Shown here piece after piece: positions 39,342 to 49,397 of a stretch of 64,000 nucleotides of DNA. The notes under the pieces are model-generated. The model did not search any database. It was not told the origin of the DNA and saw nothing but the letters and a program-made list of their open reading frames with translations. A program made the position numbers and the translations under genes. Numbering within the stretch: position 1 is the first letter of the stretch; the number at the start of each line of letters is the position of its first letter. Origin of the DNA: an uncultured Methanoregulaceae archaeon (GTDB lineage: Archaea; Halobacteriota; Methanomicrobia; Methanomicrobiales; Methanospirillaceae); the NCBI GenBank assembly GCA_963717525.1, contig OY970343.1:1024001-1088000 (forward strand). Reading direction: 5' to 3'.

Positions 39342-41522
39342 TTACCCGGGGCCTGCTGCCCCGGCGCAATCATAGAGGGTGGTCGAGGTAAGGCCCCCCG
39401 GTGCAGCAGTGCCCGCCGGGTTTGTTCCCGTCCCGTTTACTGTTGACAGGTCTACCGGGGTGCAGTGGGTGCTCACCCAGACAAAGATTTCGCTGTTGCC
39501 CGCGTTCATCCCGTCTCCGGTGCCCCCGCCGCCCATGCCTCCGGTGAGGAAATACCGGACTTTTCCTTCCTGGATAAGGCTGGTAAGCGAGGTCAGGTTC
39601 AGGATCCGGTCGCTGCCGGAGAACCCGCCGATTGCCATGACCGGCTTTCCAGTCTGGATGATCAGGTCGGCTCCGGACTGGCTGTTCGGGACAGCGAGGA
39701 TCCAGGTCTCATTGGTGGTGTTGGCGAGCAGGTAATTTTCCAGCTGGGTGTTTACGGTTGCGCTGCCCATGCCGCCCCGGGCAAATGTTCCCGGACCGGC
39801 AAGAGCGTTCGTATTTCCCACCCCGTACAGCCGTTCCCGGCCAGCGGCGTTCTGGGCGAAACCTGCCCTGTCCGTGCCCGTCAGGAACCCTGTCGCTCCC
39901 GTTCCTCCACCGATCCTGCCTGCCTGCGGAGGGCCGGCAACAGCCTGAGTGTCCCCGTACAGGAAGGGCGTACAGGCCCAGACAAAGGGCGCGACAAAGA
40001 GAAGGCCGAGCGCGATGACCGCCATGTATTTCCTGCGGTCGTGTGAACCTGCCGTATCCTGAAGTTTCAGGTACGTAAGAGCCCCTGTGCATAGGAGGGT
40101 CCCGAAGAGAACAACCGGGACAATCGGCCCTGACCACTGGTTGTCGTATGACAAAAAAAGGGCCTGGAGGAGCCCGGTGATGAGCACCGCCCCGACAAGG
40201 ATCCAGCCTTCCCAGATCTCTGACAGGTACTCGCGGTACATCGCTATGGCCCCGATTCCGACGATTGCTGCAAGAGGCGGTGCGATGGTCGCGATGTAAT
40301 AGGTATGCCCGAATGCGGTCGAATAACTAAAAAAGAGGAGGCCGGGCACAAGCCAGAACAGCATCGCGATGAGGACAAGCCCCCGTTCGGAAAAGAGACC
40401 GCTCTTCTCAAACCCTTTGAGCGTGAGGGTGGCGGGTCTTCTCACCCATGCAAGCAGCCCGATCAGGGCGAGGGGGAGGAGCCAGGAGAACTGTCCTGCG
40501 AGCGCTTCACCGAAGAACCGGGTAAGGCCCGGCGCTCCCTCGCCGTTTGCCATGCCTCCGGCAGCAGCGCCGGACCGGGTGGCAGCCACATCCCTGTACT
40601 GACCTGCATCCGCGCCTCTCATACCGGCTGCCGGCAGCTGCCCCGCTTCCCTGAGGGTACCGTTCCTCTGCGCTCCCACCGCACCATTGCCCATGAAATC
40701 CATTCCACGGTTTTCCAGACCGAGGCGTTCGAGCCCGTTGTAATTGATGATGAGACCAAGAACCGTGTTGTCCCCGCTCCCGCCGATATAGGGTCGCTCG
40801 CTTGCGGGCACCATATCGACGGCGACTGCCCAGGAAAGGGAGACACAAAGGAGCACCATAACCGCTATTCCCAGGTGGAGTGCACGTTTTTTCCAGGAGA
40901 AATTCGTTGTACCAAGGAGATAGACCAAAAGGATCGCAGGGACGACAACAAACGCCTGGATCATCTTGATATTGAAGCCGATCCCGACAAGGATGACCGA
41001 GACAAGGAGCCAGGGGAGGGAGCGCTCCCGCGTTGCTTTGAGGACAGCCCAGACCGCAAGGAGCAGGACAAAGATGAGCTGGGTATCCATGGTGCCATTT
41101 CTTGAGACTGCGATGAGAATTGGGGTAACAGCAAGGGCAAGGGCTGCGACAAGGCCTGCCGGTTTCCCGAACGGCCGGGCAACGATGAAATAGACGAGAG
41201 CCACTGACCCGATACCGGCAAGTGCCTGGGGGAGGATGAGAACCCAGCCTTTAAAACCGAGCACTGCCGCAAAGGCTGCCTGCACCCAGAGGCCGACCGG
41301 CGGCTTGTCCACGGTGACAAATCCTGCGGGATCAAAGGAGTTGAAGAAACCGGCGGCAGGGTTGACAAGCGTGCTCTTCACTGCGGCTGCGTAAAACGTG
41401 TTCGTAAACCCCTGACTCCAGATGTTCCAGAGGTTCAGGAACGCGGATAAGAGCAGTATTCCGGCAAGAAGGATTTCAAATTTGTATTTCCGGACAAAAT
41501 CCCGTTCGATCAGATCAATCAC
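39342..41522 (-). CDS. Glycosyltransferase family 39 (ArnT/PMT-like)
   Basis: NTFYAAAV, FVTVDKPP, GFNIKMIQAF, RPYIGGS, YNGLERL and PVMAIGGFSGSD. Confidence 0.9.
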   Translation of the reverse strand: MIDLIERDFVRKYKFEILLAGILLLSAFLNLWNIWSQGFTNTFYAAAVKSTLVNPAAGFFNSFDPAGFVTVDKPPVGLWVQAAFAAVLGFKGWVLILPQALAGIGSVALVYFIVARPFGKPAGLVAALALAVTPILIAVSRNGTMDTQLIFVLLLAVWAVLKATRERSLPWLLVSVILVGIGFNIKMIQAFVVVPAILLVYLLGTTNFSWKKRALHLGIAVMVLLCVSLSWAVAVDMVPASERPYIGGSGDNTVLGLIINYNGLERLGLENRGMDFMGNGAVGAQRNGTLREAGQLPAAGMRGADAGQYRDVAATRSGAAAGGMANGEGAPGLTRFFGEALAGQFSWLLPLALIGLLAWVRRPATLTLKGFEKSGLFSERGLVLIAMLFWLVPGLLFFSYSTAFGHTYYIATIAPPLAAIVGIGAIAMYREYLSEIWEGWILVGAVLITGLLQALFLSYDNQWSGPIVPVVLFGTLLCTGALTYLKLQDTAGSHDRRKYMAVIALGLLFVAPFVWACTPFLYGDTQAVAGPPQAGRIGGGTGATGFLTGTDRAGFAQNAAGRERLYGVGNTNALAGPGTFARGGMGSATVNTQLENYLLANTTNETWILAVPNSQSGADLIIQTGKPVMAIGGFSGSDRILNLTSLTSLIQEGKVRYFLTGGMGGGGTGDGMNAGNSEIFVWVSTHCTPVDLSTVNGTGTNPAGTAAPGGLTSTTLYDCAGAAGPG

Positions 41523-41662
41523 CAGTCACCCGGCAGAACGGCTGCTCCAGCGCTTTCTGCCCGGATGTATTTTGTAATGTATATTGAACATATTGTAATA
41601 TATTAGTTACCTATGGGGCGGAACAGATTGTTACGGCATGCCTGTATGAACCCGGGAATTGT

Positions 41663-42856
41663 TCAGACGATCCGTCCGTTGCGAGCGATGACGTACCGGA
41701 CACGGGAAAGGACGGTATCGAGCAGCTCATCGATCCCAAGCAGGGCCTCGCTCTCCTTCACTGCAAGGCTTGTTGCCGCAGTTGCCGGCATCCGTGGCAC
41801 TGCCCGGCAGGCGAGATCGCCCTGCTTTTCCATGAACGTCCCGATTTTCCGGGCAAGCGTGATTGTCTCTGCCTTATCGTAGGTGATGAGCGGCCGGAGC
41901 ACCGGGACGGTGGTGGCATCGGAAATGACGGCGAGGTTTGCAAGGGTCTGGGAAGCCACCTGCCCGAGATTTTCCCCGGTCAGGATCGCCAGCGCACCCT
42001 CGCGCCCGCACAGGCTGCCGGCGGCCCTGATCATGAACCGCTTGCAGAGCACGCACCGGAGCCGGGCCGGGATGCGGAGTTCCTGCATCCGGTTATAGAA
42101 GGGTTCGGCATCGGCGATGATCATCTGCAGGTCGGCACCCGGGCACCAGAGCGAGAGGCGCCGGTGATTCTCGATCGCAGTTTCCCTGACGTCGCCTCCG
42201 GCCCATCGGCCGCCGTCCATGTGCAGGTGCGATACCTCGCAGCCCCGCTTCATCGCAAGCCACGATGCGACCGGGGAATCGATCCCTGATGAAAGCAGGC
42301 AGAGTGCCTTACCCTGTGAACCCCAGGGTAATCCACCCGGAGCCGGGATACGCGTATCGTAGACAAGCCCCCCGCAATCCCGGACTTCCACAAACAATTC
42401 GTATTCCGGATCAGTAAGGTCCACAGAGAGGCCGGGGATCGCGTCGTAAATGGCAGACCCGACGTACTCGCCCAGCTGCTGGCTGTTCATGCCGGTCTTG
42501 CTCTGCCTCCTGGCCCGCACGGCAAACCGGCAGGGAGGATGGAGACGGGAGAGGGCAAGGGAGACCGCCCCGTCCCGCAGGGCATCGGGCGTGGCGTCGA
42601 CACGGATGCACACGCTCACATCCACCACACCGAACACCCGCGCTATGATCGCCGCGATCTCCTCCGGTTTTTCTCCGGCAACAAAGATCCTTCCCCGGGG
42701 GCTCTCGAAACTGCAGGAGTGGCCGGTTGCTTCAAGCGCCCGCCGGATATTGCGCAGCAGGATGCCGATGAAATGGTACTTGACCGGATCGCTTTTTAAG
42801 AAGAGCTCGCCGTAGCGGACCATCACGATCTTCTCCCCATCCTGCCGCTCTGCCAT
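41663..42856 (-). CDS. thiI: tRNA sulfurtransferase ThiI (THUMP + PP-loop)
   Basis: VRYGELFLK, GGLPWG, LLSSGIDSPVA, CVLCKR and GQVASQT. Confidence 0.92.
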   Translation of the reverse strand: MAERQDGEKIVMVRYGELFLKSDPVKYHFIGILLRNIRRALEATGHSCSFESPRGRIFVAGEKPEEIAAIIARVFGVVDVSVCIRVDATPDALRDGAVSLALSRLHPPCRFAVRARRQSKTGMNSQQLGEYVGSAIYDAIPGLSVDLTDPEYELFVEVRDCGGLVYDTRIPAPGGLPWGSQGKALCLLSSGIDSPVASWLAMKRGCEVSHLHMDGGRWAGGDVRETAIENHRRLSLWCPGADLQMIIADAEPFYNRMQELRIPARLRCVLCKRFMIRAAGSLCGREGALAILTGENLGQVASQTLANLAVISDATTVPVLRPLITYDKAETITLARKIGTFMEKQGDLACRAVPRMPATAATSLAVKESEALLGIDELLDTVLSRVRYVIARNGRIV

Positions 42857-43014
42857 GATCATCTTAGATAGTGGAGGGCACGAGCTGATAACCATTGGCG
42901 GTCTCCTCCCTTAACAGCCAGGCCTTGACCATTTCCTCTCCGGTCCTGCTCCATTATCTTGTAGTACCGGGGATAACGAAACTCTTTAATCGGCGGAGCG
43001 AATAGTGTACTGAA

Positions 43015-43647
43015 ATGGCGAAAAAGGCGAGCAAAAAGGCAGAAGAGGCACCACTGAAGCTCTTCTACATTTTCTACAACCAGGAACGCTGGGACAACTG
43101 GGTAAAATCGCTTGGCGAAGCACGTTTCGAGATCGATCCCAAGAGCGACGAGATGCCCGAAGGCTTCCGGGTGCTCGACAGTTTCTCGGTCGACATCACC
43201 CTTGAGGTGCTCAAGATTGTGAAGCTCTACCAGAACAAGCGTTTCACCAGTGAGGAGACGCGGGACAGGCTCGCGCAGGTCGAGGCAATTGTCATGTCTG
43301 CCGCCCCCAAGGGAGATCTCGAAGAGATTATCGAGATCCTCCAGCTCCCCAAGCTCGTCCTCTTTGCGTCCTGCCGCAAGTACCTGACCGGCGGGTTTGA
43401 CAAGGACATAAAAACGCTGGTGAAAAAGGGCAGGGAGGCCATCGACAAGGACATGGAGCAGGCGCTTGAGATAGCGTCCACCATAGGCGCGAGCGTGATC
43501 GACGGCGCGGCCTGCTGCGGGAAGTACGTGAAAGACGATCTCGAGAACCCTACCCTGTTTGACGAGTGGCTCATCGAGTGCGAGCGGATGTCTGAGGCGA
43601 TGGGCTCGCTCAAGAATTTTGACGAGTCGACGGGAGAAGACGAGTGA
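43015..43647 (+). CDS. DUF2150 family protein
   Basis: FYNQERWDNW and IGASVIDG. Family recognised from memory. Confidence 0.75.
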   Translation: MAKKASKKAEEAPLKLFYIFYNQERWDNWVKSLGEARFEIDPKSDEMPEGFRVLDSFSVDITLEVLKIVKLYQNKRFTSEETRDRLAQVEAIVMSAAPKGDLEEIIEILQLPKLVLFASCRKYLTGGFDKDIKTLVKKGREAIDKDMEQALEIASTIGASVIDGAACCGKYVKDDLENPTLFDEWLIECERMSEAMGSLKNFDESTGEDE

Positions 43648-44096
43648 TCGCCGGGAGGGCACGGTTCCGTCACGCTAAAAAGATCGAGCGCCTCGCCGGC
43701 TACCGGGTGCCCGAGTTCGCCTTTTCCCCGGTAATGCTCGAGACCATCACCACCCGGTTTAATTTCGATGCGCTTGATTTTGCCATCCGCGAACAGCTCT
43801 TAAGTTTTTTTGACGATTTTCTCCGGTGCACGTGCAGGAACTCCCCGCTCTGCGGCTGCCCGGAAAAAAAGTTTGCAAAAAAGGTGATCGAATTGCGCGA
43901 GAACGGCCTCGATCACCGGCAGATTGCAGCGTTCCTCTCCGATGAATACGGGATCGAGATCTTTCCGGCTGATGTGCTTTCGTTTCTGGAGGATTCGGTG
44001 CATGTACTCGAAGCGATTGCGGATGTGGCACACCTGAACGGTGAGGATGCCCTCGCCGCAAAGACTGTGGAGCATATCCGGCTTATCGAACGGTAA
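43644..44096 (+). CDS. DUF5814-like protein (Cys motif)
   Basis: FLRCTCRNSPLCGCPE...IELRENG...YGI. GTGA overlap with the upstream gene. Confidence 0.7.
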   Translation: MIAGRARFRHAKKIERLAGYRVPEFAFSPVMLETITTRFNFDALDFAIREQLLSFFDDFLRCTCRNSPLCGCPEKKFAKKVIELRENGLDHRQIAAFLSDEYGIEIFPADVLSFLEDSVHVLEAIADVAHLNGEDALAAKTVEHIRLIER

Positions 44097-44255
44097 ACCC
44101 CCGGCCTGTTGCTGCCTGTGATCAGCGCATAGCTCTCTTCTGAATCCAGAAAGTTTATATTACAAAATGTAATACATACTTTACGTGGTGTTTGTTCAGG
44201 CTAGGCAATACCAGCATGAACAATCGACCGGAAAGATGGATACAAGAGAAAGGAG

Positions 44256-44531
44256 ATGATATCCGGAACCGGACCCGACCTATGGGCAAAACCCCTGTTT
44301 GCCAGGAATGGCAAGGACAACACTTCCGGGATCGTGATCCCCGCGAGACTTCCTCTTGTCCCGTGCAAGCCTCTGCCCATCCCCACCCGATGGGAGGACG
44401 GACACGGGTACTGATAAGAGAAACTGCGACACGATCCCCTGACAGGATGGCACAAGTACCTCTTCATCAGAACCATTAATCCTGAAGTATCTGTCGTTAT
44501 ACCGCGGGAAAATTTCCCGCACTATTTTTAG
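44256..44531 (+). pseudogene. Possible small gene broken by adjacent in-frame TGA TAA
   Basis: MISGTG...RWEDGHGY**EKLRHDPLTGWHKYLFIRTINPEVSVVIPRENFPHYF*, with a TATA-like element upstream. Confidence 0.35.
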
Positions 44532-44616
44532 CGCTCCCGTCACTTGGGCCCCGCAGGACGTCCTGCAAAAAGGAGCCTCGCAAAAAAGAAAAATCCCGTT
44601 GGTAAACGTCAGGCCA

Positions 44617-45141
44617 TTACCAGAACTCATCCTTAAGTTCTTTGAGGACTGCCGCGGCGAAGTCCTTTGCAGCAGGCGGGCCGTTTGCGGTGACGATCCT
44701 GCTGTCGGTAACAACGGGCTGGCTGACGAGCATCGCCTTTCCCTTCTTCATCTCCATAACGGACACCGGACTGTCATACACGGTTGCCTTCTTCTGCCTG
44801 AGTATCCCGGCCTTTGCAAGGACGACAGGCGCAAGGCAGATCGCACCGACGACCTTACCGGTTTCGTGGAAGAAGATTGCGAGCCGCACGAGCATATCAT
44901 CGTCCCAGAGATGGGTCTGGCTCCCGGAGCCCCCGACAATGATAAGGCCGTTGTAATTTTTCGGATCGATCTCTTCAAACGAGAGGGCTGCCACGGTTTT
45001 CCCACCGAGCATTCCTGTACAGGTGCCGGCCCGTGTCGAAGCGATATCAAAGGCGATCCCGGCTTTTGTGAGGGCCGCAACCGGTTCGGCCAGTTCCTCG
45101 TCACGGTATTTTTCCGGTGCGATGGCAATGACTACTTTCAT
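44617..45141 (-). CDS. DJ-1/PfpI family protein
   Basis: YRDEE, IIVGGSG, GAICLAP and IVTANGP. Confidence 0.9.
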   Translation of the reverse strand: MKVVIAIAPEKYRDEELAEPVAALTKAGIAFDIASTRAGTCTGMLGGKTVAALSFEEIDPKNYNGLIIVGGSGSQTHLWDDDMLVRLAIFFHETGKVVGAICLAPVVLAKAGILRQKKATVYDSPVSVMEMKKGKAMLVSQPVVTDSRIVTANGPPAAKDFAAAVLKELKDEFW

Positions 45142-45429
45142 AATATCCGGGATTTTCTTTCTTCGTATTTGAGGGTTAGCCAAAAAGATGCCAGGTTATG
45201 CTGCCCGTAGAGGATTATCGTCTTATTCAACGCAATGGGTAACAAGAACATCGCTTTTTTTTAAGGGGGGCACCGTGTGCCCGGGCTTTGATTGCTTTAC
45301 CGGGTCTTTACAACGTCCCAATGATCATGTACCTGCGACGGTACTGCTGCTGAAAGGGAGCATGTGTTACCTGTCCAGGACAGTATTGTCAGGTAATTCA
45401 CGGGTCAAAAAAAGAGAGATTTCAGGACT

Positions 45430-46119
45430 TTATGGTTTCTTGACAACCGACTCGATAACTTTGTCCATGATCGCTTCGCTGCGGTTCTTGAGCCCGAAGC
45501 CGACAATGATCGCAATGGCAGCGCCAAGGCCAAGCCCGATACCCCATGCGATGGGTGTGACGAAGGTGTAGATGATGGTGAGGTCAATCATCAGCTGGGA
45601 GAGGGCAAGGATGGCGATGACGAAATACAGGAACACCCGGATCAGGAACAGGACCGGCGTAATGAGGTGGATATCCTGGCTTGCATAATACCGGGCAAGG
45701 AAATCGATGAAATAATCCGCGAGGATGAACCCGACCAGAAGAATAACGACAAAAGCGACAATGTGGGGGATATATTCGACAATCGTGGTCATCAGCTGGC
45801 TCATGTAATCCATGTTAAGGATGTTCACCGCTGCGAGAATTGCAATCAGGTAGACAAATATCCGTACAAAGATATCGCCAATATACCCGACTGTGATCCC
45901 GGCTTTTTTGACGGACCCCGCAAAAGAGGTCTGGTCCGCCACCTTCTCGATAAAATGCTGCTCGCCGATCTTATTAAGAATAATATGTACGACTCTGCCC
46001 AGGAGACGGCCGACGATCCACCCAATAATAAGAACAACAATTGCACCAATGATGCTGGGGCCATATGCCATGACAACCGCATTCCATTGATCAGTAATAC
46101 TTGATACAACAGGTACCAT
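45430..46119 (-). CDS. MscS-associated TM-helix (CmpX-like) membrane protein
   Basis: Repeated P.IIGAIVVLIIGW / IPHIVAFVVILLVG, and AIAIIVGFG. Confidence 0.75.
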   Translation of the reverse strand: MVPVVSSITDQWNAVVMAYGPSIIGAIVVLIIGWIVGRLLGRVVHIILNKIGEQHFIEKVADQTSFAGSVKKAGITVGYIGDIFVRIFVYLIAILAAVNILNMDYMSQLMTTIVEYIPHIVAFVVILLVGFILADYFIDFLARYYASQDIHLITPVLFLIRVFLYFVIAILALSQLMIDLTIIYTFVTPIAWGIGLGLGAAIAIIVGFGLKNRSEAIMDKVIESVVKKP

Positions 46120-46287
46120 TCACAATTCCTCCTAATTTAAATACCCTTTTTTTATATTAAATCCTTTGGAATTTTTATTAATAAACATTTTATTTATTGG
46201 TGATGTACATGAATAATCAACAGCAACTATAAATGTTGATTTCGCCCACATTACCCCCCAATAAGGATTATATTCTACAGACCCCCC

Positions 46288-47619
46288 ATGATGCAGAATT
46301 ACCAGCAGGAACTCAGCCAGGTAAAGGATCTCCTCCGGGAGAACCCGGAAGGGATGAGTGTTACCGATATCGCAAAAGCGCTCAAAAAGAACAAGAACAC
46401 TACCGGGAGGTACCTTGATATCCTCCTGATCTCCGGGCAGGTGGATATGCGGACCTATGGCATGGCAAAGGTATTCACCATCTCCCAGCGGGTTCCGCTT
46501 TCCGCCATGCTCAGTTATTCCAAGGACCTGATTATGGTCCTCGACAAGGAGACCCGCATCATCGATATCAATGATAATTTCCTGACACTCCTGCGCCTCA
46601 CGCGGAGGGACGCGATCGGGAAAAATGTTGCCTACCTCAAGTCACCTGAGGTGGATGTCCGCGAATTTATCAGCACCCTTTCCGCGCTCCATTCCCAGGA
46701 ATCCGAGAGTCTCGTTTCATTCAGGGTAAACGAGACCGGAGAGCGGATCTTCAAGCAAAAATCCATCCCCTCTGTCTTCGACGATGGCGCCAAAGGCCTC
46801 ACGATCATTCTTTCCGACGTTACTGAGGAGATCCTGCGGGAGAGAGAGATCCGGGAGAGGGAAGAACAGTTCCGGATGATGGCAGAGAATATCCAGGACG
46901 GGTTGCTCATCCTTGAGAATGAGAAGTGCACGTTTGCAAACCGGAGGGTTGCCGATATCACCGGGTATACGTTCGAAGAACTCTGGGCGATGGATCTCAT
47001 GGCCACCATCGCTTCCGAGGACCATAAAAAGATGGAGCCGATTATGGAACTCCGCAAAAAGCCTGCCCCGGGCTTGACCGAATTCCAGGGCCGGATCCTG
47101 AGAAAAGACGGCATATACCGGCATGTCTATGTCAGGGTCACCGGGCTCCAGCATGGAGACGTCCTGTTCAATTTTATCATTATAACCGATATTACTGAGA
47201 TTCGTTCAAAGGATGCTGCACTTTTTGAGAGCGAGCAACGGTTCCGGATGATGGCAGAGAATATCCAGGACGGCCTTTTGATCATTGAAAACGATCAGCT
47301 TGTCTATGCCAACAGGCGCATCTCTGAAATTACGGGGTATACACCGGAGGAATTGCGGACGAAAAACACACAGGATCTGACAACCCCCGAGGAAAAAAAA
47401 CGGATGGAAGATCTCTATAAAAAATCCCTGGCCTGCACCGAACCTCCGGCAAACTTCCAGAGCTGGATACTCTGCAAAAATGGTGAAAGACGGTATGTAT
47501 ACGGGCATATTAACTCAGTGCGTCATGGGGAGACCACAAGCACCTATATTACGATGACAGATGTGACTGAGTTTGCACAGCGGGAACAGGAGTCTGCTAG
47601 ATCGTATCAGGACACTTGA
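46288..47619 (+). CDS. HTH + multi-PAS domain regulator
   Basis: N-terminal HTH (GMSVTDIAKAL..NKNTTGRYLDIL), then three PAS repeats with a duplicated FRMMAENIQDG. The extreme C-terminus may be frameshifted. Confidence 0.88.
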   Translation: MMQNYQQELSQVKDLLRENPEGMSVTDIAKALKKNKNTTGRYLDILLISGQVDMRTYGMAKVFTISQRVPLSAMLSYSKDLIMVLDKETRIIDINDNFLTLLRLTRRDAIGKNVAYLKSPEVDVREFISTLSALHSQESESLVSFRVNETGERIFKQKSIPSVFDDGAKGLTIILSDVTEEILREREIREREEQFRMMAENIQDGLLILENEKCTFANRRVADITGYTFEELWAMDLMATIASEDHKKMEPIMELRKKPAPGLTEFQGRILRKDGIYRHVYVRVTGLQHGDVLFNFIIITDITEIRSKDAALFESEQRFRMMAENIQDGLLIIENDQLVYANRRISEITGYTPEELRTKNTQDLTTPEEKKRMEDLYKKSLACTEPPANFQSWILCKNGERRYVYGHINSVRHGETTSTYITMTDVTEFAQREQESARSYQDT

Positions 47620-47904
47620 AAATTGTGGTCCCTTCCGGGAGTCATAGTACCATCGCGTACGAGGAGATAAAACCCCAAAGAAATTTCCGCATATTCTCTC
47701 TCCGTCATCTATCCCTTTTCCGGGAAAAACAATGTTAATGGGGGGATTTTCAGCATATTCGTTTGCAACCTTTGTATTTATCGAGATGAATTTATATCGT
47801 TAAAAGGGTGCATTTATAATAATTATGTATGACCAATATGGCAAATCAATATATACAAAAAATCCCAATATGTACCAAGTTTTTCGATATAAGAGAGGAC
47901 TTGC

Positions 47905-49279
47905 ATGATCACGAGCGATTCTGAACGATCATATGTCAATCACCTGCGATTCACGACCCGCTTAGTGCCGGGAATATTCAGGAGTTCCCTGCCGACAGCG
48001 GGCCTGATCTGTCTTGTACTTGTTCTCCTCGCGATATCGCCGGTGCTGGCCGGGACGCAGATCATGGCGGGGAGTCCTGCGCTGGGAGCGCACATCGCGG
48101 GCACGAACGAGTTCTCACCCGGGGACGACGTCAACCTGCAGGTCGTCATCGAGAACACGGGACTCAACCAGTTCATGATCGTGCAGTCAGGGATCATCAG
48201 CCCGACCGATCTCTCGAACACGGCAAAACAGCTGACCGCGACATTAAGCCCGGGGGATGCGCCGCTGGTGGTCAAGGCGGACCCGCAGATAGTCGGGTGA
48301 TTTACCGGCGAGCGCCAGTGCCACGGCCACGTTCCACGTCACGGTCAACCAGTATGCGGCGGCCAGGGACCTACCAGTTACCGGTGCGTACTGAACTACA
48401 CCTACCTGTACCAGGCCAACCAGGAAGGCAGCGAGACCCTGAACTACCAGTACAAATCTATCAACGAGACGATCAGCATCCCGATCACGATAACCCCCGA
48501 GGTGCAAATCGCGGTTCCCGATGTGGAACCCGAGAACCTGAACGCCGGGATCGAGGGATATGTCAATATGACTGTCGAAAACGTCGGGTCAGACGACGGC
48601 CGGAACGCGGTGATCCGTGTCCAGCAGAACGGCCAGAGCCCGATCACGCCCACCGAAGGGAGCGTCTATGTCGGAGACTTCCCGGTCGGTGCGGTGGTCA
48701 ACTGCACGTTCCGGGTCATGGTGGCAAGCGACGGCCCAGCAGAAGACCTACCCGCTCGACGTGCTGGTCTATTACAAGAATTACGAAGGGGACTACGTGA
48801 ACTCGCCCATCGAGACCGTCGGGGTCCCGGTCGGCCAGAAGGTGGACTTCAGCGTCACGCCCGCCAGCGCCTCAATTTCGCCGGGCGCCAACGCCGTGAT
48901 CACGGTCCAGTTCCAGAATACCGGCGGCACGACCGCCTATAACGCCGAGGCCCGGATCAGCGCCGTCGACCCGTTCACCAGCAACGATGATACGGCGTTC
49001 CTGGGCACGATGGCACCCGGGGATACCCGGACCGCCTCGTTTGCCGTCTCGGTCGACCCGGCTGCGACGGTAAAGGAATACGGCCTGGATTCCGAGGTGC
49101 TCTACCGCGATGCGCTGGATAACCAGTTCACCTCCGACCCCCTCAAGGTCAACGTGGACGTGGTCCCGGCACAGAGCGTCGTAACCCAGATCGGTCTCCC
49201 GGGGCTGATCGCCATCATCCTCGCCGTGCTGGCCATTGCAGGCTATGTGATCTACATCAAACGGTTCAAACCACGGTAA
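47905..49279 (+). CDS. COG1361 S-layer-domain family protein (several frameshifts)
   Basis: Paralogous to 51750 and 53099 (IAGTNEFSPG, SVYVGDF, EARISAVDPF, KEYGLDSE). C-terminal TM helix and basic tail. Confidence 0.8.
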
Positions 49280-49397
49280 CCTTTTTATCCCATGGTTTTG
49301 TCTGCCTGCAGTAAGGCAGAGCGCGATCACCCATGACAACAGGAAAAGAATGCCCCGTTCCGGATAACCGGTTAACCCCCCAAGAGACCAGAATCCC

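Noticed and set aside
46860..47350. Near-identical DNA repeat TTCCGGATGATGGCAGAGAATATCCAGGACGG
   Set aside because: It is explained by duplicated PAS-domain starts within one gene.
48295..48300. In-frame TGA as selenocysteine in the first COG1361 gene
   Set aside because: Removing one G restores VGDLPAS, which matches the paralogs (IGDIAS, LGDIQS). It is an insertion error.
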